Shown here piece after piece: positions 1-8,226 of a stretch of 64,000 nt of DNA. The notes under the pieces were generated by a model. That model worked only from the letters and a program-made list of their open reading frames with translations, was not told where the DNA came from and did not search any database. The stretch is from a virus (taxonomy: Duplodnaviria > Caudoviricetes): the IMG/VR virus record IMGVR_UViG_3300024252_000005; one strand, written 5' to 3'. The stretch's first letter is position 1, and each line of letters begins with the position of its first letter. The translations under genes and the position numbers were made by a program.

Positions 1-93
1 AAAATTAAGTCTAGGCAGTTCGAGTGATACAATAAAAGAATTTTTAGATGGAGATACTGGGAGTCGAGACAAGATCAAAAAACATTTAAAGCA

Positions 94-318
94 TTAAAGA
101 AATTTAACTATTTTTTTCTTGTCAATATAACAAATCTCGTAGTCTAGATCAGGAATTATAGCTTCATAATAGTTGTTTTGATAATCATCTTGATGGTAAT
201 TATGTATACACTTTACAAAACTTATTACAGATATATATTTTTTCCCAGGCTTACCGTAAACATAGTCGACAATCGCTAAGCCCCATCCTTCATTGACGTT
301 AACGTTTACTTCTATCAA
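94..318 (-). CDS. hypothetical protein
   Basis: ORF tightly packed in the minus-strand operon 94-2714. Confidence 0.55.
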   Translation of the reverse strand: MIEVNVNVNEGWGLAIVDYVYGKPGKKYISVISFVKCIHNYHQDDYQNNYYEAIIPDLDYEICYIDKKKIVKFL

Positions 319-559
319 AACATATTCCTAACTTGTTATCACAATTAATAAGACGCTGTTTATGTTGTCTTAAACTATTTAAACATTCATCATATCTAGT
401 GTTGACATGATTTATTTCTTTGTTTGTTTCTTTTAAGAATTCATTCTCTATCTTTAGCATTAAAGCTTTTTCTTTCAACCTTTTATGATTTTCAATAGAT
501 ATACAAGACGGTAGCAAAAAACATGTTACCCATAACAATACTAATAGATTATTTTTCAT
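299..559 (-). CDS. putative lipoprotein with coiled coil
   Basis: Basic N-terminus, hydrophobic stretch, lipobox-like LLPSC, heptad-like region. Confidence 0.55.
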   Translation of the reverse strand: MKNNLLVLLWVTCFLLPSCISIENHKRLKEKALMLKIENEFLKETNKEINHVNTRYDECLNSLRQHKQRLINCDNKLGICFDRSKR

Positions 560-560
560 A

Positions 561-929
561 TTAATTTAATCTAGTGCAATTTAAGTTTTTATCTTTATCG
601 AACCAGAAAACTTTTTTAATTCCTTTTCTTTTTAATAATTTTTTACATCCTTTACAAGGTGCGCCATGTGACAAACTCCCAGCGCTTGTTATTCTAATTG
701 CAAGCATACTTGATCCATGTATTTGATGAGCTCTCAAGCCGTTCAGACAATCTCGTTCAGAATGAATAGAAAATTTTCTAGAAATTACCCCTGGCGCTGG
801 CATGTGATAATTATAACCTGCAGCTAATATTTTCTTCCCTTTCCAAATTACTGCACCATGTTTATGATTCATAGGGCTTTTTTTTGCTTGAGATAAAGCT
901 AGTGCTAATGCTCCCGCTAGTAGTTTCAA
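561..929 (-). CDS. cytidine/dCMP deaminase family zinc enzyme
   Basis: HGAVI..GYN, HSE (HxE) and PCKGC (PCxxC) motifs, C-terminal GIKKV. Confidence 0.85.
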   Translation of the reverse strand: MKLLAGALALALSQAKKSPMNHKHGAVIWKGKKILAAGYNYHMPAPGVISRKFSIHSERDCLNGLRAHQIHGSSMLAIRITSAGSLSHGAPCKGCKKLLKRKGIKKVFWFDKDKNLNCTRLN

Positions 930-933
930 TTGA

Positions 934-1308
934 TTATTCTACGTAATTCAAACGAGAGCAATGCCAAACATCTACAACATCATTTAATGTCCTATCTTCT
1001 GAAACGTCTAAGAGAAAAAACTTCATTCCATTTTTCTTTTTTAATTCGAAATTATACTTGAATATTTCATAGAAATCTTTAATATTTTTGTATACATAGT
1101 TGTTTGTATTTAAATCAATAGCTCTTGACGTAAAAAAATCATCAAATAAGAAGTCTAGTTTTTTAGACCTATCTTTAACTAATTTATTCATTAAGTTTCT
1201 AAATATAAATAGTGATGCATCATAATCAGATATGTTATAAATAGTTACTTCCTCTTTTAACTTATTACTAATTCTTGGGTGTGTAAAACCAATATATACG
1301 CTATACAT
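934..1308 (-). CDS. hypothetical protein
   Basis: 124-aa ORF in operon. Confidence 0.6.
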   Translation of the reverse strand: MYSVYIGFTHPRISNKLKEEVTIYNISDYDASLFIFRNLMNKLVKDRSKKLDFLFDDFFTSRAIDLNTNNYVYKNIKDFYEIFKYNFELKKKNGMKFFLLDVSEDRTLNDVVDVWHCSRLNYVE

Positions 1309-1310
1309 CT

Positions 1311-1535
1311 TTAACTCTCGCTTATTTCTTTTAACTCATATGGCCAAACATATCTAACAATATCTTCAACCAAGACTGGTATCATATCATAATCAACATC
1401 GTTTACATCAGCATTAGCCCATGTACACTCATATAAACAATCTAGCGTAAGGGCAAAAACATTCATATTAACTGTATTATATCCAATTGTAGAATCATAA
1501 CTTAAACAATAAAGTTTGTTTTTTTCAATTATCAA
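1311..1535 (-). CDS. hypothetical protein
   Basis: ORF abutting neighbours. Confidence 0.5.
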   Translation of the reverse strand: MIIEKNKLYCLSYDSTIGYNTVNMNVFALTLDCLYECTWANADVNDVDYDMIPVLVEDIVRYVWPYELKEISES

Positions 1536-1765
1536 AAGCTTTCTTCCCCAACTTTAACTAAAGAAAATTTTCGATTAGGAGAAGAAGGTATCCAAAACTT
1601 TTCTTTTTTTTCACAATCGAACAAAATATAATCACTTATAATTACATTATTACTAGTTTCATATGTATCTATTTCTAAAATCATAATAATTTCTTTTCTT
1701 GCTAGCAAAGAATCATAATAAGTAATGTAAACTAAATCGCTTACTTTTAAGTTTTTATCATCCAC
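1532..1765 (-). CDS. hypothetical protein
   Basis: ORF overlapping both neighbours by a few nt. Confidence 0.55.
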   Translation of the reverse strand: MDDKNLKVSDLVYITYYDSLLARKEIIMILEIDTYETSNNVIISDYILFDCEKKEKFWIPSSPNRKFSLVKVGEESF

Positions 1766-2714
1766 TCATTACATCCAAAGCCCAGTCGTAATTTCTTGTT
1801 TCTGTATAGCTATAATGACCGTAACCTCCATTGTGATATTTTGTGCTAGACATAGTAATCTTACCTAGAAATAGAATCAAATCTTCTTTTTTAAGCTTAA
1901 TAATGTCATGAAGCCTTGTTAAGCACAAATTTTCAGGAGTTAAAGTGTTGTAGAAATTTTCTTCATATACTTTGTCCCAATCATTAGTCAATACTTTTAG
2001 ACAAAATGAGCTCAAAATCTTTTGATTTCTTTCAGATTCATATAATCCATCAAGGAATTTTTTCCTTGTAAGATACTTTACAATTCTATTTCCTAACAGA
2101 GGAGAATTGCAATGTTCAAGATTCAAAGCTTTTATTGTATCAAACTTTACAGCTTCTTTGTCATAATGAAGAATGAACTTTTTATTTGAAAAAGTTAATG
2201 CATATTTGCAATTCGTAAAGTCAAAATTATTAAAGCATTCTTTTATGTTTTTGTAAAAGAATTTATTTACAAATTGCAGTTTTATATGCTGAATGTTGTA
2301 TGGTCTAAGGCTTTGAGGGGTATTTATATCTAATCCCTTTTTTTCGGGAAAGTTGATATTATTTGAAAAACAACTATCGTAATTTAACTCAAAGCAATCA
2401 TTGATCGAAACTTTCTTTGCAGCTTGATAAAGTTTACCCCTAGTAAATTTCATATAAGCATTTTTAATATTAGATAAGCTAGAACTGAATATGTCTATGT
2501 CGCCATTGCTGTAAAGATATTCTTCAATATACTTATGATTTTTACTTTGTGATAATTTAAATTCATCAAGTGCTACAATTCTTGCAAATCCCCCAGCAAT
2601 CCAAGCATTATCTTTGACTACCCTAACAAGGTTTGTATGACTAAATAGATCTAATAAGTATAAGTTTAGAGAGTTGCTCAAAGGTCTAGATATAATATTA
2701 TTTTGTATATCCAT
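1758..2714 (-). CDS. Pol-beta superfamily nucleotidyltransferase (polyA polymerase/CCA-adding-like)
   Basis: AWIAGGFAR...GDIDIF (GG..DxD) followed by LQFV and FDFTNCKYAL. Confidence 0.7.
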   Translation of the reverse strand: MDIQNNIISRPLSNSLNLYLLDLFSHTNLVRVVKDNAWIAGGFARIVALDEFKLSQSKNHKYIEEYLYSNGDIDIFSSSLSNIKNAYMKFTRGKLYQAAKKVSINDCFELNYDSCFSNNINFPEKKGLDINTPQSLRPYNIQHIKLQFVNKFFYKNIKECFNNFDFTNCKYALTFSNKKFILHYDKEAVKFDTIKALNLEHCNSPLLGNRIVKYLTRKKFLDGLYESERNQKILSSFCLKVLTNDWDKVYEENFYNTLTPENLCLTRLHDIIKLKKEDLILFLGKITMSSTKYHNGGYGHYSYTETRNYDWALDVMSG

Positions 2715-2902
2715 TTAATCCTCGCTTTAAAGAATTGTTTATTTATATTAATATTATATTAAAAAAAAAAAAATGTTGCACGCATAAATATAATAACATT
2801 TTTTCGATTTACAAATTTATACAAAAAGGTTTTTTAAGTCTAAAGTGTTTAATGTTTCATGATACTTATTACATATAATTTAAATAAAGAAAGCTTATTA
2901 TT

Positions 2903-3373
2903 TTGTCATATACATTTGATATAAGATCTAAAAAACAAACACACTTACAACCTTCAGAAGGAAACTTTTCCGGGCAAACGAGCAGCACTTCTTATACAGA
3001 TGTTTCTGGTACTGAACTTAGTTTTGAGTGTGATACCGTATCTGGATATTCAAAAGTTATATTTGAAATATCTGTACAAACTGGTTGGGGACCAGACGCA
3101 AATAACAATACAGGCGATATGAAGTTACTTGAAAGTTCTGATCAAACAAACTGGTCTGATATAGAAAATTCAAAAGTAAGAATTTCCATGTCAGCATCTT
3201 ATCATGACAGTACTTTTGAACATAAGTTTACATTAAACCCTTGGTCAGGAACTAAGTATTTTAAACTACAAATAAAATCATCTAGCAGCAGTACAGATTT
3301 TAATATCAACAAAAGAGGTAGTAGCACATATCCTTGGCTTACACCACCAACTATCAGTATTAGAGTAATATAA
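2903..3373 (+). CDS. small beta-rich virion-like protein, triplet member 1
   Basis: TTG start, S/T-rich, similar layout to the next two ORFs. Confidence 0.6.
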   Translation: MSYTFDIRSKKQTHLQPSEGNFSGQTSSTSYTDVSGTELSFECDTVSGYSKVIFEISVQTGWGPDANNNTGDMKLLESSDQTNWSDIENSKVRISMSASYHDSTFEHKFTLNPWSGTKYFKLQIKSSSSSTDFNINKRGSSTYPWLTPPTISIRVI

Positions 3374-3374
3374 T

Positions 3375-3830
3375 ATGTCTTATAATAAATATAAAAACTA
3401 TAATGCTGGAACTACGACTAATAGTTCAACTCAAACAACAACAACAGCGGGTATTGTAGTTAATGGTTTAACCTTTAGCTATATACCTGCAAAGAACTCT
3501 AGTGAAGTTATTTTTGAATACAGCTTTTATGCTGAAAAAAATAACGGTATACCTTTTATACATACTGAGATCGAATACTCAACAGACAACGGCTCATCTT
3601 TTACTAACATTGGAGAAAAATATAAAATGTATAGCTGCTCTGGGCCTTATAATAATTTCTATATACACTATAGAGTTTTATGTAAACTATCGTCATGGTC
3701 AGGTGAAAGAATAATTAGAGTTAAAGCTTTTGAGCATAACTATAGCAGCACAACTAATGTTGCAATACTTCACTATATTTCTGACTTGTCTGAATATATT
3801 AATACAAATTATATTATCTATAGCGAGTAA
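3375..3830 (+). CDS. small beta-rich virion-like protein, triplet member 2
   Basis: MSY start; VIFEYSFY and STDNGSSF echo members 1 and 3. Confidence 0.65.
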   Translation: MSYNKYKNYNAGTTTNSSTQTTTTAGIVVNGLTFSYIPAKNSSEVIFEYSFYAEKNNGIPFIHTEIEYSTDNGSSFTNIGEKYKMYSCSGPYNNFYIHYRVLCKLSSWSGERIIRVKAFEHNYSSTTNVAILHYISDLSEYINTNYIIYSE

Positions 3831-3834
3831 ATTA

Positions 3835-4287
3835 ATGTCATATGATTCAAGCCTTCCTATAAATTATCAAATTATTGAAACTGTAAATTCTTCTACACAA
3901 AGTGTATCAAACTCTTCTGTTGAATTAGAAGGTTCTAAAATAGATTATAATTTTTCAATGGGAAACTTTGTTGTATATAAATTTAGTTTTTATATGAATT
4001 GTGATGGAACTTATACATCATCTATATTTAAACTAGAAACTTCTACAGATGATTCCAGTTGGAATCATATTACGGGATGCTCGCTTTTAATTGGCGATGA
4101 TCGAGCAGCTGAAAACCAAAAAACAAATGTTAATATTTTTTTTGTTATTCCTGCTAGTAGTATTTCTAGATACTTAAGAATTGTAGGTTATTCAAAATCT
4201 GCTTCAACTAGTTTTACACTATTTCAAAGTTCATTTGAAGGAACAAACAGATACATAAATTCAATATTAGAAGTATTTACTATTTAA
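3835..4287 (+). CDS. small beta-rich virion-like protein, triplet member 3
   Basis: ATG at 3835 (MSYDSS) follows the previous stop; the track start 3730 overlaps the upstream gene. Confidence 0.65.
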   Translation: MSYDSSLPINYQIIETVNSSTQSVSNSSVELEGSKIDYNFSMGNFVVYKFSFYMNCDGTYTSSIFKLETSTDDSSWNHITGCSLLIGDDRAAENQKTNVNIFFVIPASSISRYLRIVGYSKSASTSFTLFQSSFEGTNRYINSILEVFTI

Positions 4288-4288
4288 A

Positions 4289-4444
4289 TACCATCAACAG
4301 AGATCAAACCGGTACAGCCATAAATACTCCGAGCGGGATTCGAACCCGCAAGCCATAAGGCGCCTGATTTTAAGTCAGGTTTGTCTACCAATTCCAACAT
4401 CAGAGTTAATAATTTACTGCGTCTGCCTATTCCGTCATGGTGGC
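4289..4444 (-). pseudogene. degenerate tRNA-Leu-type gene split around the intact tRNA-Leu
   Basis: 5' half GCCACCATGACGGAATAGGCAGACGC (4444-4407); 3' half TTATGGCTGTACCGGTTTGATCTCTGTTGATGGTA (4324-4289); acceptor strands GCCACCA/TGATGGT pair at 6 of 7. Confidence 0.65.
4325..4406 (-). tRNA. trnL: tRNA-Leu(UAA)
   Basis: Acceptor ACTCTGA/TCGGAGT, anticodon arm CCTGA-CTTAAAA-TCAGG, long variable arm, GGTTCGAATCC; CCA not encoded. Confidence 0.92.
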
Positions 4445-4600
4445 TTGATTAATGTCATGTTTATGCCAGTCAGGATTACAAATAGTACACCAATTATCAC
4501 ACTTCTTGCAACCGTATATCTCTTGTACGCCTTTGACACACTCATGCAAGAAAAAATCATAAGTTTTTTTGCACTTTTTACATTTTGATTTTTTGCTCAT
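4427..4600 (-). CDS. small Cys-rich (CKKC x2, CxxC) protein, 57 aa
   Basis: Translated by hand: MSKKSKCKKCKK...CKKCDNWCTICNPDW...QATMTE*; not in the ORF track. Confidence 0.55.
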   Translation of the reverse strand: MSKKSKCKKCKKTYDFFLHECVKGVQEIYGCKKCDNWCTICNPDWHKHDINQATMTE

Positions 4601-4618
4601 GAATAATATTAACCTTTA

Positions 4619-4691
4619 AGCTAATGATGGGACTCGAACCCAGAACCTCTTGTTTACAAATCAAGAGCTCTGCCAATTGAGCTACACCAGC
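4619..4691 (-). tRNA. trnT: tRNA-Thr(UGU)
   Basis: GCTGGTG/CATTAGC acceptor, loop TT-TGT-AA, GGTTCGAGTCC; one anticodon-stem mismatch. Confidence 0.9.
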
Positions 4692-4814
4692 ATGTTCTTG
4701 TTTAGATTATATATTTACATATTCATATTGTTAATTTTTTTTGTTCTTATGTAATTAATCTCCTTTTTTATTATTATAATATTAAATTAAACTATTTACA
4801 CATGAGGAAAATGC

Positions 4815-5351
4815 ATGAGAAATAAACCTAATCAAATATCTTGGGATGATGGTAATAGACTATACAGCTTAGAGACTAAAGATATAATACATGTACTTGT
4901 TAGTAATGATGTTCAAGTAAAAAATATCTCTCCAGCTGGTTCATTAAGAAGAAAAAGACATAAAGTTGGAGACTTAGACATTGTAATAGAGGTAGATAAT
5001 CCTAAATTGGCAGGTAAAATACTAGAAGACAAAATGAATTATAATTTTATTGCTAAAAGCTCTTTTTACAAAGGTAAAATTCTTAATACAGGCGTTGACT
5101 TATTTGTTGCAGGCCATCACGATTATTACGCTATGCTATTTTTCTTAACTGGTTGTGAAGATTGGAACTTAAGAATTATGAAATATTTAAAAAACAATAC
5201 TGATATTAGATACACACCATTTCAGTTTATTAATAGTAAAAACAAAAAAGTGTATAAGTTTAACTCAGAAAAAGAAATATTTAAACTAATTAATCATAAT
5301 TATGTATTACCAGTAAATAGAAAACCTAACTACGTAAAATTTGGAGATTAA
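4815..5351 (+). CDS. polX: minimal X-family DNA polymerase (PolX palm + C-terminal domain)
   Basis: AGSLRR..VGDLDIV, GVDLF, LFFLTGC..WN, SEKEIF..YVLPVNR; 178 aa. Confidence 0.85.
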   Translation: MRNKPNQISWDDGNRLYSLETKDIIHVLVSNDVQVKNISPAGSLRRKRHKVGDLDIVIEVDNPKLAGKILEDKMNYNFIAKSSFYKGKILNTGVDLFVAGHHDYYAMLFFLTGCEDWNLRIMKYLKNNTDIRYTPFQFINSKNKKVYKFNSEKEIFKLINHNYVLPVNRKPNYVKFGD

Positions 5352-7541
5352 ATGAAGTTATTAAGAGAACACTATAAAGAGCTGTTAAACGAAGAAATTG
5401 ATTATTCTTCAAAGTTGGCAACAGTATATCATCTTACAGGATTTAAAACTGAACAATATGATTCTGTTTACGCAAAACTTAAAAAGAAAACGCCTAAAGA
5501 CCTTGAAGGTGAGATTGATGCAAAATATAGCTCAAAGCCAAAGTCTAGAGCACAGAGTATTTTATCTAAAACTGAGTACAAAGCAGGACTTAAAAATTTA
5601 AAAAAATACAAAACATCAGCAGGACAAGCTTATCATATAGCAAGAAATATTAGCAATAATTTATTTGATGTAGGAAGTTATTTTCAAGCAGGCGGTGGTG
5701 CAGCATACGGATCAGGTCTTTACACTTGTTATAGATTAAATCCAAAAATAGCGCAGAATTACGGTAACGTTATTTTAAGGTTTGATGTAGACATATCAAA
5801 CTTTTTAATATTCAATGAAGGAATAGCAAGAAAAATACACGGTAATGATCATTATAAGTTAGACGACCAATTTATGCAAATTCTTAAAAGAAAAGGATTT
5901 AATCTTCGCGGACACTACGAATACTCTGATTCTGTAGAAATGTCGGACGACGCTGAAGAGAACTTAGGTGACTATATTGCTTTGCTCGATCAAATGTCTT
6001 CTTCTGATGCTTTTAAGAATAGTGATTTTAATACAGACGTAAGAACAGCAGATATGGCAAATCATGCTTTGTATGAATTTAGCAAGAAATTTAAAAACGG
6101 CAGTGCTTTAAAACTAAGAGATATCATTGATGGTGTTATATTTTATGGTTATAGTGACGGCCCTGTTTGTGTAATATATCACCCAGAATCTCTAGGAACT
6201 TATAAACTTACAGGTGCAGGTTATTTTAAGAATGGTCGGCCTGTAATAGAGTCAGACATAGAAGCTTTAGTAGGTAGAACAGGAAGAGATCTCGCAAATT
6301 CTTTTCAAACTTCACAAGAACTAGATCAAGATGCTCAAGAGCGAGCTGAAGAAAGAAATCAAAGATTTAAAGATGTTCTTACAAATTACGAAATAAACTC
6401 AAAAACTTCAGAAGAAGAGTTTATCAACAATATTCCTTCAGAACTTACTAGCATTATTGAACCCTTAAGACTGGTACTTGAAGATAATATTCCTGAAGAT
6501 ATTATGATAGAAAGGTTAAGCTCAACTACCAACTGGGATAAATTCTTACAAGGCATGGCAGATTCATATCATTACATTCAATGTATTGTTTCTATACTTG
6601 CTGAGCCAATGTTAAAATTTATTGAACATTTTGGCCCAGGTTTGGAAATAATTAGTGAGGACGAGTTTAAAGAATATTTTAAGTTATTTAAACAATATGC
6701 ACAAAATAAAACTTCTAATGCACCAAAGCTTGCAGATTTTGAGTCTAGAGGTTTGAAGTGTGTAGCACAAAACGAAGAGGAGTTTTCTAATCTTGTTGAT
6801 CAACATTTAGGAAGTCTTATTGAGAATTATAATACAATGTTAAGAGATCAGATAGGCGCATATTTTGTTGACTTCGTAGTTGCAGCCATGTTTGACGGTG
6901 AGACCAGTAGCATTAATAATTCTATTGGCAGATGTACTTTGGATACAATTGATATCAATACTGACAATGATAAAAAAGTTATCGAGAAGCACATGTCAGT
7001 TATTAACAACATACTTTCTAACGTACAAAGCAAGTTAATTGAATTTATTACAAAAACAATACCGGAAAATGTACAATCTGATGAAGGCAAAAATGCAGTT
7101 CGAATAGCATTCAGACATGTAGACGCTTTTGATGAAAATGGCAACATTTTTCTTGATGAGATTATTGAAAGATATGGCTGGTATTCTGATTGGTGTCACG
7201 CTGGTACTGAGTTATTTTATACTATACATGAAACTTTTAACGTAGGTTCTTTCGATGCTTTCACTAGTGAATTAAATTCTTACAAAATTGACAGAGAAAA
7301 ATTTGATCCTGAATTCATACTTCATGAAATGTATGAAGTTCCTAATAATAATTTATTAGGTGATGTATCTGGCTTAGTTCTAGTAATGTTTAAAAACGGC
7401 AAGGATGTCTATAAAAGAAACAACATAATGTCAACTGAATATCTATATAAACAAATTCTTGAATCAAAAGCAACTAATGTAGCATATGCTGTTCAAGAAC
7501 AATTTTATGTAGGCTCGCCTGGGGGAAGCATTGATATTTAA
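5352..7541 (+). CDS. large protein with N-terminal ADP-ribosyltransferase-like motifs; probable virion cargo
   Basis: VYH..G and G..YGSGLY motifs typical of H-Y type ART folds; leader-like MKLLREHYKELLNEE. Confidence 0.55.
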   Translation: MKLLREHYKELLNEEIDYSSKLATVYHLTGFKTEQYDSVYAKLKKKTPKDLEGEIDAKYSSKPKSRAQSILSKTEYKAGLKNLKKYKTSAGQAYHIARNISNNLFDVGSYFQAGGGAAYGSGLYTCYRLNPKIAQNYGNVILRFDVDISNFLIFNEGIARKIHGNDHYKLDDQFMQILKRKGFNLRGHYEYSDSVEMSDDAEENLGDYIALLDQMSSSDAFKNSDFNTDVRTADMANHALYEFSKKFKNGSALKLRDIIDGVIFYGYSDGPVCVIYHPESLGTYKLTGAGYFKNGRPVIESDIEALVGRTGRDLANSFQTSQELDQDAQERAEERNQRFKDVLTNYEINSKTSEEEFINNIPSELTSIIEPLRLVLEDNIPEDIMIERLSSTTNWDKFLQGMADSYHYIQCIVSILAEPMLKFIEHFGPGLEIISEDEFKEYFKLFKQYAQNKTSNAPKLADFESRGLKCVAQNEEEFSNLVDQHLGSLIENYNTMLRDQIGAYFVDFVVAAMFDGETSSINNSIGRCTLDTIDINTDNDKKVIEKHMSVINNILSNVQSKLIEFITKTIPENVQSDEGKNAVRIAFRHVDAFDENGNIFLDEIIERYGWYSDWCHAGTELFYTIHETFNVGSFDAFTSELNSYKIDREKFDPEFILHEMYEVPNNNLLGDVSGLVLVMFKNGKDVYKRNNIMSTEYLYKQILESKATNVAYAVQEQFYVGSPGGSIDI

Positions 7542-7759
7542 TCTTCAAATGCGATTTTGATATCATTATAAGGATCATTTGTATTTGCATAAAACAATGC
7601 TAGTTTACCTTTGTCGTTCAATAAACGAAAAACGCACTTACAATAGAAGCCATTCTCAACTTCTTTATGTATAACCAAATGAACATTGTTGTTTTTGCCT
7701 TTCTCATAGTTCATTCCTGTAATTTCTACTAAGTCACCAACTTTTATTTGGCCATACAT
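7538..7759 (-). CDS. small hypothetical (KOW/SH3-like) protein
   Basis: MYGQIKVGDLVEI start at 7759. Confidence 0.5.
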   Translation of the reverse strand: MYGQIKVGDLVEITGMNYEKGKNNNVHLVIHKEVENGFYCKCVFRLLNDKGKLALFYANTNDPYNDIKIAFED

Positions 7760-7849
7760 GAAATAAAAACTCGATATACTTTTGAAATTAAATTTATGTG
7801 AATCATAGAATGATAATAGCAAAAAGTATTCTAAGAAGGAAATTTATTA

Positions 7850-7999
7850 ATGAAAAATAATAATGTATTGCAAAGATATATTGAAAATATTCTATTAGAA
7901 ATAGCATCAATTGGAAAACAATCTAACTTTAAGCTAGAAGAAGAAATAGAAAGTCTTGAAAGAAGACTAATTCATATGCAAACGCATGAGAATTATTAG
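7850..7999 (+). CDS. 49-aa peptide with leader-like LQRYIENILLE
   Basis: AAGGA SD, hand-translated ORF. Confidence 0.45.
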   Translation: MKNNNVLQRYIENILLEIASIGKQSNFKLEEEIESLERRLIHMQTHENY

Positions 8000-8003
8000 T
8001 TAA

Positions 8004-8024
8004 CACACTAGACAGGACTTGAAC
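8004..8024 (-). other. orphan tRNA T-loop/acceptor fragment
   Basis: GTTCAAGTCCTGTCTAGTGTG directly after the split-tRNA 3' half. Confidence 0.45.
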
Positions 8025-8063
8025 ACGCCTATCTGGACTCGAACCAGAACTCTTGGGCTTAAG
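8024..8063 (-). pseudogene. 3' half of split tRNA (partner at 9058-9091)
   Basis: CTTAA-GCCCA-AGAGT-TCTGG-TTCGAGT-CCAGA-TAGGCGT-G; TAGGCGT pairs 7/7 with GCGCTTA at 9091. Confidence 0.75.
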
Positions 8064-8150
8064 CACCTCCTGGAGGATTCGAACCTCGCACTCTCCAATT
8101 CCCCTATATTAATGAGACCGGCTTAGAAGGCCAGTGGGGATGCAGAAGGC
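8064..8150 (-). tRNA. atypical tRNA-Arg(UCU)-like element with rearranged D-arm
   Basis: Acceptor GCCTTCT/AGGAGGT, arm CTGGC-CTTCTAA-GCCGG, GGTTCGAATCC; no canonical D-arm; 23-nt insert after the anticodon arm. Confidence 0.55.
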
Positions 8151-8226
8151 ATATAACAATATTATTATTTTTTTGTTTATTGTTAAATTATTTTTGCATT
8201 AACATTGATCTAAGCATATTTATTAT

